From Yuukianura sp. NJ FZ-2021 (taxonomy: Eukaryota), in the NCBI GenBank assembly GCA_046563655.1, contig CM102289.1, forward strand, positions 3,038,001-3,102,000: 64,000 nucleotides of DNA, read 5' to 3'. Numbering within the stretch: the stretch's first letter is position 1; the number at the start of each line of letters is the position of its first letter. Below, in pieces: positions 24,419-37,732 of the stretch. Below the pieces are notes generated by a model. The model saw only the letters and a program-made list of their open reading frames with translations, made no database searches and was not told the DNA's origin. A program made the position numbers and the translations under genes.

Positions 24419-26687
24419 CTAACGTTCCGTGATATTCACCGTTGATTTAGAAAGGTTTTTTCGAATGTAATCTTTGCAGTCAATGGAAAGCTGTATGTAA
24501 TACAAAATTTTATTTAAATTTGGCCGTTCTAAATAGATATAGATATAGAACATAATCTTTGCTTCCTTACACAATCTTTGCCCAAACTCAAGGTCAATGT
24601 TTCTAACCAAGACATTTTAGCCAGTCCAAAGTAGCCGGTGAGATCCAGAGAGCAATTGCCATATTCATATTTGATTGTCAGAGATTTAAGGTCTGAAACA
24701 ATTAATAAGAATAACTTTTTTAAAATTGAAATTTTGGAGTATCCAAAATTATGTATAACTTGTTGTACCTCTCAAATCTACGATGGATGACCGCCATCTT
24801 TGTATTTGTACGTTAGTCACAATCTTCCGGTCTAAAAGCTTTTGAAGGCGTTCCAGCTCTTGCTCCGTTATGCCCAGCATATAGAGGTTAATCTTCTGCT
24901 CATCAGCCTTGGGCAATTCAATGGAAATGTTGAGCACGCGCAGTTGTCTCCATGACCACAAAATCAGAACTCCAGCGGAGATCTCTACCTCGAGATTAAC
25001 CGCATCTGGATAACAGTCTGCAAGGCATTCAAGTAACGATTCATCTACTGCGCCATATTTCCATGTTGAAATCTTAGTTTCTGATTTCGTTTCTATGTCC
25101 AACACATTGAAGGTATTGGCGTACTGAATGGGGTCAATTCCTTCTACAGCAAATCGACGGAATACAATCTTTGACTGTGGCACAATTCGAATAGACTTTA
25201 CACCAGTTAGAAGCTCTTTTCGAAAAAACCATCTCATGTCTTGTTTGCAGTCTAGTCCAAAAATCTGGAGCTCATCTAAGTTAGACTGGCAGCATTTCAC
25301 GATGTCAATCAGAGCCTGGCGACATTCCTGCCTGTGTACTTTTTCCCAGTAGAAGAACTTAAGCACTTTAAGGTTATTTGCCTTCTGTGCCAAAGACAGA
25401 ATTGCTGTCAATGACCCCAGGTCAACACTTCCAGCGACCTGCAAACTCGTGAGGTTCGAAGAACATTCAGAGTTGTTTAGTGCAGTTAGGGCACCAGTTG
25501 GTCCTCCTCCGCCTTCAACATCTAAAGTCACTTCATGCAATTGTGGCATGTTTCTAAATAGATTATCAAGAAATATGTTCATTTCTTTGTCACACTTTCT
25601 GCCGAATGGTAACAACGAAGGACCAACGGAACGATTCAGTCGAATTGATTTCAGTTTGGGAAACAACGGGCTAGATAAAGAAGTACGACATTACATAAGG
25701 AAAGGCGTCAGCAGAAAACACATCAACAATGAAAACACATCATCAAAAATACACTTTTCCCCTCCAATTGCCAACAAGGTTTTTTAAATTTGAATTTCTT
25801 CGAGAGGTTGGGCAATACCACAAGCTTTTCCGATTTTGCAAGAAAAAGTGTCTTTTCATTTCAAAAACAACCGAATTTTTTAAGTTTTATATACGAATTG
25901 GTACCAGTTTTTCAGATTGGTAACAATTGGTACTAACTTTTTGTTTTTCATTTTTTTTTTGTCAAAAGGGGTGGTAGTACTCAATCTGTTAAAGAAAATC
26001 AACTTTTCGTTTGTCAAGAAAGCTTGAATTTTGAGGAAGTTTATTTTCTGTCATGTCATGTGTCATATTTTGATGTGTTTTCTGCTTGTCTTTTTCATGT
26101 ATTGGCATTAACTCATGCGAAGATGTGCAATCAACTGGTTCTGTGGGCATGGAAAAAAGGTCTTTGGCACTAGGGAGCCAAGTTGTGCAGCGCACTAAAT
26201 TATGCCGAAATCGATGTAGGAAGTTCTGCATTTCGTTCCAGCTAATCTCCAACATCAGTTTGTATTTGTCTTCAAAATGCAGTTCAGTGAGATGTCCGGT
26301 GCAGATATCCATGAGTCGGCGGATTAAATGTAGATCTGTTGAAGCACTGCTTAGTGCAAGTACAATTACCAGGGAAGTGAAGAACACATTGTTGGTGGAT
26401 TCAATATGCCAAATCAGATCGGCTACTTTTGCATGACCTTTGGCTGCAACTGTGACTGCCTTGACCTTTGACCTTGCTGCAAATTGGACTTGAAATCCTG
26501 ATGCCCAAGATGAACAAACTAGTCGGCCAGATTTTAAATCTGGATGTTCCATATGCTTTGCGAGGCATCGGAGAACCTTTGAAAAATAAAAAAAAGTTCG
26601 AATTTCAGCTTTAAAAAAAACCGTTGGATTCAACTTCGCTTGCTTTTTCATTACCGGAGATATCAGGAATGGATTAAGAGTACACAT
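24419..26687 (-). CDS. F-box protein with degenerate LRR-like C-terminal region, about 5 exons
   Basis: N-terminal 'P|VLRCLAKHMEHPDLKSGRLVCSSW' F-box pattern; LxxLxL repeats (FPKLKSIRL, MPQLHEVTL, NLTSLQV, NLKVLKF, QLRVLNI); ends NITER*. The donor of the intron near 25.67-26.1 kb is uncertain. Confidence 0.65.
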
Positions 26688-27177
26688 CTCTTCTTAAAAA
26701 AATAAGGCACTAATTTACGAATTGAATTGATGACTCCAGTTTTTTACTCTTTGTATAGGAATGTCGTTAATGTTGTGGTAAAGTGTAGCTAGTGGTCAGT
26801 TTTCTAATCAAAGTGAGATGTAAAAAGTGTAGCAAGTTTCTGCTGGAAGCTAAGAATTGAAGCATATAGGCATATATTAAGTGCACTACGAAAATTTAGC
26901 AAGAGAGCCAAAAAAAATTAAATGAAAGTGCTGGTTCAGTGTATTGAAAAGTTCCTTATGACTATGAGAAATAAATATAGATTTATCATATGCTAGTAAT
27001 TCTGTGGTGGATTGTAAAAAAAAACAGATTTGACAAAACATCACTCGTTTAAACATAGAATTTGCGAGCATTGGAGCGTCAGCGTTCTTCCGCTATCAGT
27101 ATAAATGAATAATTAGAGTTTGGAGGATTGAGTTGGACCATGAAACAAAAGGAAAGTGACAAATTTAGTATCAGTTT

Positions 27178-30100
27178 TTAGGGATATTGATGCGTAAAGT
27201 TTACGTTGTACATTGTTCCTTCAAAAGATTCCGCGCTGACATTCTCCAGAACATCGTCCATGAAGCTATCCGTCGCCATTGGCCAAGAAGACAACGAATA
27301 AAACGTAGGTTTGTTGTATTCAGCTTCAACGCGTTCAGCATTATGAAAAATTTCTTCAGTAGAGCTGACACGATTCCAAGGATGTAAGTCTAAGTGAGGA
27401 ATGGCTTCTGAGTCTGCACAAGATGCTCGCAGATTTCTGCAATCGAAACAAACAAAAATACGAACCGCTAGAATTTAAAATTTTATTTAAAAAAAATTAC
27501 CTCTGGAGTTGCGGAGCAAGAAAAACTACAGGTTGAATGGAAGTAATGGAATCACTCGTATCACAAATGACTCGAGCAAGCGTTGTATTGCGAATGGCTT
27601 GGAGTTGACTTGAACTAAATTGTCCAGCATTTTCATACCAAAATCGATCTCCTCTGCGCAAGTTTCTAAATGTTTGACCAATTATGCAAGCAAATGTTTT
27701 TCCAACAAGGCCGCCTCGAACCGAAGGTTCAAGCATTCCGCCTGGAAACAAATCCACGTCCCACGGATTCTCGTATAGTTTCGATAACGAATCAACTTTA
27801 GCTGTAGAATTCAAAATCAAACACTCAATTAAACTAAATTAATTGCAAGCATTTTAAGAAGTAAACGTTAGTTCATACATCGATTGAGTCCAGTTGCTTC
27901 TTCAAAGTCGTCCCAAGTGACGATGGGGCCATTCCGTTTGAGTGGTTTCAAGAGTCCACATGCTTCGCGCCATTTTAGATAAGGAGCCAAGCCATGGTCT
28001 CTCCCACTAGAAAAAACGTTTTCATTAAGCCAGCAAAAGCTACTTTATAATGTCATCTTGTTTGTCTGTCCGTCCGCCCGCGGCATTTATTATATCACAT
28101 GGCGCTAGGGTTCTACGACTATACAAAAGCAATATATTGCTTTTTGCTTATGTACTACGGGTATCCATAGTGTACTAGGTCAAAGGTCAACGGGTCTTTC
28201 GCTACTTATATACAACCGGTTTATTTCATTCTAAAATAAATTTTGGGCTTGTTCAAAAATACTCACCGCTGGATGTTGATGGCTGCCAAGTCAAGACCTT
28301 TGTGCGCATGGGATTGGAACAAATGATTTGTCAATTCAGTTGTAATGAATTCGTTTCGTTCTTGAGATCGTTGTGAAACGAGTCCTAGCGTGATCCTGTC
28401 GATTTCCCCCAATTTATGTAGGTTAGTAGGTGTCATAAACTCCAAACTTAAATTGACTCCTATGTAACATCAACAAAAAAATTAAAAAAAAAACTTTATT
28501 TTAGAATCTCCTTTAATTTTTTGTAAAGTTTGCTTACGATATGGCAGTTCCGTGTGACCTTCGTCCAAGCGTGGTAGCCTTGACTCAACCAAGGAATGTC
28601 CAAAACGAAACGCAGCAGAACCAAAGGAATTTGGAATTGACGCGTCAACTTTTGAATTGTAGTCATTGTAGTAGCCCGTTCGAAGCACTCTGAGGCCAAA
28701 AGTCTGTTGGAAATAAACCAAACGTGTCAATTAAACATTAAGCTTAAGAAATATTAAAAATTATAATGATAAATGATATAATTAACCTTGGCAGCATTAG
28801 GTCCTAGCACCAGTGGCAAAAATTCTCGGAATGTTATGTGCTGCAGTTGAGCAATCACAATTTTTCTGGTTTCCTGGAATACATTTTCCTGCAAGTAGAA
28901 ACACGAAGACAGTAAATTCATAATTTTAATAAAATTCATAAACTTATTTTTTTTAAATTAATTATTAATTAATATGTTATTGTTTATAAAATATTGTTTA
29001 CCTCGCTCCAATGGGGATTCATGAATTCCAGCTTCTGAGCAATGGTGTTGTGCTGGCGTAACCAAATCGTATGCATCGCAGCAAGACCTGGATGCTCGTT
29101 TACGCGCATGTCTCCCGCTCTGAAACAAAAGAGCCTTGGAGAAGTAACTCGGCATTCTCCATGTTCGGATCGCTGGAGGCGTGGCAACAAAGGCTTCTGA
29201 TTGGAAAACTTGTGATACTTGAGCTTCCCACTGCGGAACAGTCGCAGACTTTGCTGCTCTTCCTCCGTTGAGCCATAAATCATGCTTCCATCTAGCCACG
29301 ATGTGAGCTAGAAAGGCGAGATCAAACAATTAAATACTGACGACTAGTTAAATAATTGAGAGTGTTTTGGTTTTTCTAACTTGGTTCAATTGTTCCCTGG
29401 GACCAAAGCCACAGTCCGGACGAGGGCTGGGTGCACTTCTCACGAACTCCATGCAGTCAGTGCTTCCATTGAAATGAGGATCGTCCAGTGGAACTACAAT
29501 TGGCAAGCAGTCAGGGTGGCTTTCAGAAACGTTGCAGCACTTGGGAACGGAATTGTTGAAAGCTCTTGTCTGCGCAGCGAGGGTCAAATCATGATCCAGA
29601 AACTGTCCCCACCTAAAACAGTAATTAATCCAGTATAGTTTTTAATTAATTATTAATATCCACAACTCCAGAATGTCTTTGTTACTGCATGATCATAAGG
29701 GTATGCACTGCAGACGCCTTTGGAACGCCGTTCTCACGGTGGATACTCGTCGAAATCCTGCGGGCAGATGGAAGATCGTCTCCAGTCACAGATTTACGAA
29801 CTGTTGAAATACCTGTATGATGAAAATGCCATCATGAGTCGAAATATATTATAAATTGTATCAAAAAAAAATGTAAATAAATACATGCTAAATATTAAAT
29901 GTATTTAATATTTTGAACAATACCGTCATCATATTCTTGAGGAAGGTAACGCGCAAATGGCTGGAAGCTAGAGCCTCTGCTCGGATGATCTAAATTGTTG
30001 CACGTTCCGTCAGCCGTGCGATAAAACTGGGCAGTATCGTTACACTCTGATACCTTTACCCTGTAGTAAAAATACTAAAATGTTAAAATGGCGATTCCTA

Positions 30101-30818
30101 AATCGAAAACAGAATATGATCTTACTGGTTGAGACAATTCGTTTTCTCGAATTTGCTATCGCTTCCCATAGGAAACTCAGGAGTTTCCGCTTTGGGTACA
30201 TTCGTATCATTTCTGAACTGAGCCAACCTTAAAAAAATTGTGGCAAAACGAGAAATTAAAATAAAAAGCCATTTCATTTTTTTAGTTGAAGGCTCATTAC
30301 TGGTGATTCAGTGCTTCTGTCGCTCTTAGCTTGGCGTAGGCGAACCGCGATAAATTTTTTGCCCTAGCCACTTGATGATTGATTGCTGCCATAAAATATT
30401 GAGGATGATCCGCTGGAATGGCACCATCTGGAAATCGCATTAAGCAATTAATCCAAATTATTTAGTACACGAAATAAAATAGTATTCAGGAAAAACATGA
30501 GATGAAAGGCTATTTCGCTGCTGATCTCAGAAACTAATTTGAGTAATAAGTTGGTTTTAATTTACGCTAACGTAAGTTTAATTACTCACTTTGTGCATAG
30601 AGACCAGGTTCTATTGTTTCAAACAGTTTCGTGGCTTCCTGGATCCCAAATTCAAGAGCTTTTGCCACCACGGGATGAAAATTACTTTCACTTTCATTTG
30701 TAGATCCGCCATGAGATCCGAATTCTTGTCCGGCAGGCGTCTCTTCCTCTGCGGAGACTAATGTATTTGACTGTTGAATGACCAAAGTTAAAATTAGATG
30801 CAGAAGATGACTAGTCAT
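27178..30818 (-). CDS. Animal heme peroxidase (chorion peroxidase / peroxinectin-like), multi-exon, secreted
   Basis: YRTADGTCNN; distal 'MQ|WGQFLDHDLT'; 'CMEFVRSAP'; 'AGDMRVNE'; 'WLRQHN'; proximal 'AAFRFGHS'; 'DLAAINIQR|GRDHG'; 'GDRFWYEN'; stop at 27178. Confidence 0.92.
28021..28230 (+). mobile_element. Possible Helentron-associated (HINE/DINE-1-like) non-autonomous element in a peroxidase intron
   Basis: T-rich flank, degenerate 5' hairpin (aagccagc-aaaa-gctacttt), GTCY microsatellite (gtttgtctgtccgtccg) and a ggtcaaaggtcaa motif, in an intron longer than most of its neighbours. Confidence 0.35.
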
Positions 30819-31391
30819 CGTCTTCGCTTCTGTTCTGTCTGGAGTACAGAAATCGTTGACACGGATCACAGTAACTCGAGCTGTCACTGACAAAAACAAA
30901 ATCGCCAAGAAGCGCAATCTACGAATCTCTTTTCCTCCCGACTGCAGATACACAACTCAACGAATTGTTTTTAAAAAGATAGACAATTCTTGCACTTAAA
31001 AAGGAAATTCAAGTAATTTTCTCACGATAACAACTATTTTCGTTTAAAAAGGAAGTCAAAAGTAGCTTAGTATTCCGGAACAAAATGCCGCCGGAAAAGA
31101 AAGTGTGGGAACATAATCCTCGGATCATTCTTAACGTAATCAGAAATGAATAATGTTAGAATGTAAGCAAATTAGACACAAATTTCTTAAGATTTAAAAA
31201 CTTTTACTAGTAAATCCACACAAATGCAATTTTCAAAATCAAGAGTGAGGTATAAAAAGAAATCACGAAATCAAATTTGTGAACAACTCGATGAAAGTAT
31301 ATAATAATAGTAAGATTGTCCGTTGCATTGAAACAAATAAGAGTATATAAGTGAAAACAACACTTTAGATTAGGTTAATTTACACAAATCT

Positions 31392-34300
31392 TTACGGAGG
31401 AGGTGCAACCTGATCCTCCAGCCAGGACTTGATTGGAATGTAAAATTTGCTCATCCAAGTCCGGTTGTCATCCACTACTTGGAGAATTGCAGCAACAGTT
31501 TGAGGATCCAGCTCGAACCGTCCATCTTCGGCAAGCTTGCGGATCTAAACAGTTTCAGAAATCCAAAACTGAAGAAATTCAATTTATATTCTTCAAACTT
31601 AGGAACGCCAAACCATACCTGCTCTTGTTCATGTTGAGCATGAAAGTAGGGGCTCAGCAATTTCAAAGTTTCTTCAAGTTTCTTTTCTTTTTTGTAAAGT
31701 TTGATCATTCTCTCGGGCTTTTGGCACAAAAATTTAAATAAATTTTTGCGTCCGGATGGAAACGTTGCCACTTTTCGAATAAATCCATCTGACTCCTCTG
31801 CTGAAAAGTGGTCCGTATCAAGCGCAAGTGTCAGCATTCTAAAAAAAAGTTTTTAAAGTATGATTACTACTACTTTTTTGCATATTAATCTCTAAACTTG
31901 CGAACCTGCTAATTTTTGAACTGTCAGTTGAACATGCGAGAGAGTTAAGCAAAAGTGTTTTCTGCCTTCCAGTTTCCATGACGTACTTTTCTTGGACAAA
32001 TTCCCAAATAGTGTTGTCCGTGTCAAGTCGAACAGCAGTACAGTACACGGTGCTTTGAATATCCACTGGAATCCTAAACATTTACTTCAATTAATAAAAA
32101 GTTGTCCAAAATTATGAAAAAATATTTGCTTTTTACTTGTTTTTGGACGGATCAGACATCCATTGTCGAAACAATTTCAGAGCATACTGCTCACAATCTT
32201 TATCTTTCAAGGTACACGCCCAAGCCAGCAGAAAAGATCGAAAGTTGACCCGAATTCCTTTTTCGGCTTCAGGCTGCTCAAATCCAATCAAGTTTAGCAC
32301 AGCGTTTAGTTTAGGAGCCAAGTAATCCTATAGACGAATAGTAATGCAATTAATTATTACAAAATTACATCAAAAATAATTTCTTCAACATATTGTTATA
32401 TCAACAACTAAATCCTCAACTAATAACTTACACTCAAGCTCTGTTGCGCCGGTGTAGCCGAGAGTAATGACATGGTACGCTTCAAATTTGTGTACACAGT
32501 TATCCACACGTTGTACGAATCCTCTTTGTGTAGATACGTTGTGAGCCTGAGTGAACTAATTATGTCAACGTGATCTAAAACAAAAATTAAATGACATAAA
32601 ATTTCAAAATTTGACTACAGTATAGTACCTCTTGTGGAAACTCCTCTGATTGGGCCTTCTCATCCTACTCCTCCCATGGTCACCGTAAAACTTCTAGTAA
32701 TGTGTAAAACTCTTACGTAGAGTTGAGCTTTGACAATGTCTCTTCTCGCCTTCCCTCCCGTAGTTGGAAGTTGGCGGTATAAGAGGAGGGAGAAATAGGG
32801 ATAGCGTGGTTTCCACAAGAGGTCCTATACTGTAGCAAGAGCCGATTTGAAAATTTTCTGTGTTAAAATTTTTTGAAAATTATTTTAAATCAAATATTTT
32901 TACTCAAAAAGGCAAAGTTGAAGTAATCGTCCAGAAGTTGGCTTCGTGCATTTGGGCTAATACGCAATGGATCGTCTTCCAACTGCTTTTGAATTTTGCT
33001 CAAAACGTTTGAGTCGTAGAAAACTCGGAAGTAACCAATGGCGTCTGGGTTCACAATAAACCAATCTAGTGTGTCTATTCCGCTTTTTTCAAGCGAATTC
33101 GTGTTAGACGGTATCCAGAATTTAAAATTTTGGCGCTCAGCTCCAGCTGTTTGAATTGTAATCGGAATTGGCCATGTCGTCTCTTCAATTTCACGTCTAT
33201 CCCGCAAGTATTTTGGTTTTACAAATGTCTCCTGAAAATAATTTTTGAGATTTGCAATATAATGTAATGCATAATAGGAAGCGCTTTAAATTGAATTTCG
33301 AATAACAACCTGTGTGAGGGTAATGGCCGTAGAGTTTAAAATTTCAACGCGAACTAATGGGAAACCTTTTTTGAGCGTCCAGCTTTCCATGATAGATGAA
33401 AGCGATTCGGCTTTAGAAATCGAAGCAACACGATCTTCCCGCGCTTGAGCTTCCAGGGCAGCAAATAAGTCTTCTTGATGTACATTCCCAAATGATCTGC
33501 AACGTAAATACAAATTTTTGCGTTTGTAAATTTTATAATTCAAATATTTAAATATGTTCATAGAAATGAGAAAATCCAGTTTCATGTTGTTTTTCTCACT
33601 GCTGCTTTAGATAATTCCAAAGTCCTTTGACAAATGTTTCTTCGCCCAAGAATTCTCTCAGCATGCGCAGAAGAGATGCGCCCTAGACCAAAATTAGGAA
33701 CATTTTATTACAATGATTTAAAATAAAAGTTTTTTTTAGTAAAAACTCACCTTGTTGTATGTGATTTTGGAGAATCTTGCTGTCGTATCACTGTCATTAG
33801 CAATTGGATGCGCTTGTGAGCTTTGATCATATTGCATAGCTGATTGCATCGTTTGAGATACAAAGAGCGTCCACGGCTCAAATTCTGGACAAGCAGCGTC
33901 CTCGCCAATATTCTCAACAAATGCGGCAAATCCTTCGTTGAGCCACAATTGTGACCAGGATTTGCAAGTGACCAAGTCCCCAAACCATTGATGACCTTTA
34001 AAAAAAACAAATTGGCACATATTTTTAAATATATATATTTAGACAATTTGTAAATGCTAACTGCTCACCTAGTTCATGTGCAATGACAGAGCACACTCGA
34101 TTACGCTCCGCTTCCGTTGATACTCCGTCAAAGTATAGCAAGTATTTTTCTCTGTATTACACAAAAATATTTAGCTGCAATTTTGCATAATATATTAATA
34201 ATTTATTCTAAAATACAATTATGTTATACAACACGTATCAAACCTGTATGTATTCAGTCCATAGTTTTCCATTGCACCCGCCTCAAAATGTGGGATAGCC

Positions 34301-35737
34301 GCGGAATCCATTTTGGGCAAAGGGTACTTCATACCAAAATACTGTTCGTAGAAATTTAAAATTTTGGCGCCAGTTTCAGCTCCGAAGGCTCCGCCTCCCT
34401 TTTGAATGTAATGCTCAGGAGCCCAAACCTAGAAAACCAATTTAATTTTAACACAAAGTGTTAAATGCGTATGTACATTTCTTTAAGTCAAATCGTTTTT
34501 AAACTTCTTTCTTCGTTTTTACCTTCACAGACTTCCCACCAAAAAGTTTTGAATCGGCCGCTGCACTTTGAAACTTTGAAATGACTACAGCTACCAAATA
34601 TGTAGACATCTTCACAGTAGGTTTGAAGCGATCCCAGTACCAACCCTGGAGCCCTGCACTGAAACGATAAGAATTTCAAAATGCAATAACTTAATATAAG
34701 TTATAATAATTCGAAAATCATAAATTCGCAGCAGTGATACATATAAAAAGCAGCGGACAGGGAAAATTCTAAATTTTTTGTTACATTGGAGTTGATTCGC
34801 GTAAATCCATATTTGAAATGGAGTTGTACTCTTCCCGCCTTCCAACGCTTAGTTCAAATACAGCTTTCAGGTCTGGTTCATCGAAGGACGGAAATAACTG
34901 ACGCGCTCCTTGTGGCTCAAAATGTGTCACCACGAGATACCTAGCAGGAGAAAAAAGCCCGCAAACTTTAACTTTTAAATTTCTCGACTGTTTTCCATTT
35001 TGTGGCATAATGTTATACTCTGTTTCATTCTTCGTTGGATTGGTGTAGTTACTCAAGTAAAGACCGTCGAGACGATCTCTAAATACGAGTGCAATGTATT
35101 CCATGTAAATTTCATAAGTGGCGCCAAAATTTAAAGGTGTTTTAGTAATGATGCGAATTCTTCCGTCCTGCATGAAATCCTGAGACTCGATTTCAATTTC
35201 TGTCGTTTGCCCTTTCGTTGTGACCTAAATGACATACATTTTAAAATTCAATTTTTTTGGAAATGGCTTTACAAACTCAAATTCACTCCACATTTTTTGA
35301 AACAATGTTGTTGCTTGATAAATGTTGTAAATATGTTGTACCTTTGTAGCATTTGAGTAGAATGTAATATATTTGGCATTAAGGTAAATTGTCTTTGTGT
35401 CAGATACGCAGTCTACTGCTATTTTAACTGACCCCGGAATTGTAAACCTCTCATGCTTATTCTCTTTGGGGTCAAAAAGCGGTCTGATTTGAATTTCATA
35501 AAATGTAGGAAGTAGAGGTCGTGGAGCCGGCGCACGATGCAGGAGTCCATATGGTTCAATTCCTTCCAGTTTCTTTTCAAAACCTCTGCGTTCCATAAAA
35601 AAGTCATGATCGTCGAATGGTGCTCCTAAAAATGGCGGGGAATGGATTTTTCCTGAAATAAAAATCGGCAACACACCAATGCACAGGAAACCTCCTATGA
35701 AAAGTGGTTTTAAAAAATGAAGTAGTGTTTCAAACAT
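31392..35737 (-). CDS. Aminopeptidase N (M1 zinc metallopeptidase), multi-exon
   Basis: N-terminal hydrophobic anchor; 'THFEPQGARQLFPSFDEPDLKAVF'; 'KMSTYL'; GAMEN; HELGH...WLNEGFA (HExxH-x18-E); 'YNK|GAS'; ERAP1-like C-terminus ending WLEDQVAPPP*. Confidence 0.93.
32618..32832. mobile_element. Tc1/mariner-type MITE, 215 bp, in an aminopeptidase N intron
   Basis: TIRs CAGTATAGTACCTCTTGTGGAAAC / GTTTCCACAAGAGGTCCTATACTG (24 bp, 1 mismatch), flanked by TA on both sides (32616-32617 and 32833-32834). Confidence 0.88.
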
Positions 35738-36793
35738 TTTCTCAGCAAAAAGTGAAAAACTGAGAGCGACAACGGAGTTTCAAAAACTGAACCGATATGG
35801 AATTTTTATGACACGGTTCAGTCCGTTTCAATTTTTTTTTAGAAACCCTGAAGGCATTTCAAATTCTATTTTAAACTTTGGATTCTGAAAACAATGAAAA
35901 CTTTAAGGTGATGTTAAAAACCGTCCCTCTCCGTTTTTAAAAGGTCGACTTTTTAAAAAGTATTTGAACCTCATGAATGCATGTTTTTGAGCATCAAATT
36001 ATTCTAGACTTTATAAAACATCAATACAACTTTGTTCGAAAATAAGTAAATTCTATTCGAGCACGTTGAAGGAACAACGAAAAAGTTACAAAAACAGGAA
36101 GATAAAAAACGTAAAAACTGAAGCATGCTAAAATACGAACTTATAAGGACATGACTAGTACAAAAACGCTTGCAAATATTTTAACTAACGCTATACGGAA
36201 TATATTATTTAACATGATTTCACAACATGATTACAAAACCGTTGTTGAAATAATGTCATTTGAACAAGTCATATGTCTGTTTAATGATGTTATACTGCGT
36301 ATTGACCTTTAGAGGTCAAACGAATGCACCGAAACACTTCATTACATCAATTCGTCAATTGAGAGTATACAACAATCATCAGTTTGAACAACTTTGTTTA
36401 ATTCCTGTAAGTGCCAACGAGCTAGATAATCAATCACTTCGTAAGTGATTAATTATCACAATATATTGTCACATGAAATAGGAAAACCCCATCAACATAT
36501 TACGATACGATCAGCCTCTATTTTGGTGATCTCATCGTTCATGCTAAACAAAAAGCGAGTTGATCACAAATTGACACTTCAAATTGAAAACGTTTCTGGA
36601 ATTAAATTATTTCCTGTAATGCAAACAATTCAGTTCAATTGAATTGCTTAACAAACCGAAGGAGAATACATTTCGCCAAAAAAAGTTCAGATCGACTTTG
36701 AACGAATTCACAGAACAATATAAAAACAGCCCAAGTTTTTGTTGAAGTAAATTCAGTATTCACAGCGTCTTTGGATTTTATAAAATCTCCAAA

Positions 36794-37732
36794 ATGGAGG
36801 AGCTGAGCTGCAAGTTCATTGTGGCATTACTAATTTTTGGCGGGTCAATTTCAAAAAGTTTCCAGAACGAAGAAACAAACGCCGTAGATCCCTGGTCTGT
36901 TTTTGCAGACGAAAACTCTGATTTCTGCTACAACGACTCCCTGCCTTGCGGCCCATCCAAATGGGGCGGGTACTGTAACCAAGGAAACAATGGACGACAG
37001 TCACCAGTAGACCTGAGCAGTGCCAACGCCATCTTCAATTTCTTCTACCGTATGCGCATGAGCAAGACCTACGACAAGGCCATCTTCGATTCCTTCTCTA
37101 TCCAGAACGACGGTCATTCTATCCAGATCAGCCTTCCTGTAAATCCGACTTCTGAGGATTTGCGTGTCTCCTACGATTTCTTAGGATTGGAGCCTTATAA
37201 ATTTTCAAAGCTTCACTTTCATTGGGGGAGGAACAAAGAGTATGGCGCAGAGCACTTGCGCAAAGGCAATCCACCATTTGTTATGGAAGTTCATCTTGTT
37301 CACTATGCTTTGAAGTATGGATCAATTGAAGAAGCGATGAAAGCTACGTCTGACCCCGAAGCTCTAACTGTTCTTGGAATGTTTGTGAATGTTTGTGACG
37401 ACAGTACACATACGACTCCATTCGCTCAGATCATCACAGATGTAGCGAACGCTGGAAAATACCCGTCAAACGACATAGCGCTTGTGAAGAAGCAATTCTC
37501 ATTGAGTCGTTTCATTCCCAAGCGTCGTAGTCACTATAGTTACCAAGGGTCTCTAACAACACCGGAATGCGCTGAAATTGTTAAATGGACCGTGTTTCAT
37601 CAACCCATTTGTATTTCAAAACAGGAAATTGATGTTTTTCGGAATATTTTCATGAAAAACGGAGAAGTAATGGACACAAACCATCGACCTCTACAAAAAC
37701 TTGGAAACAGACGAATTGCGTACTATAGCTAA
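36794..37732 (+). CDS. Secreted alpha-carbonic anhydrase, intronless, 312 aa
   Basis: Signal peptide; QSPVD; NDGHS (proton-shuttle His); Zn ligands in LHFHWG and EVHLVH; GAEH; YQGSLTTPEC; NHRPLQ. TATA-like tataaa at about 36719. Confidence 0.95.
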   Translation: MEELSCKFIVALLIFGGSISKSFQNEETNAVDPWSVFADENSDFCYNDSLPCGPSKWGGYCNQGNNGRQSPVDLSSANAIFNFFYRMRMSKTYDKAIFDSFSIQNDGHSIQISLPVNPTSEDLRVSYDFLGLEPYKFSKLHFHWGRNKEYGAEHLRKGNPPFVMEVHLVHYALKYGSIEEAMKATSDPEALTVLGMFVNVCDDSTHTTPFAQIITDVANAGKYPSNDIALVKKQFSLSRFIPKRRSHYSYQGSLTTPECAEIVKWTVFHQPICISKQEIDVFRNIFMKNGEVMDTNHRPLQKLGNRRIAYYS

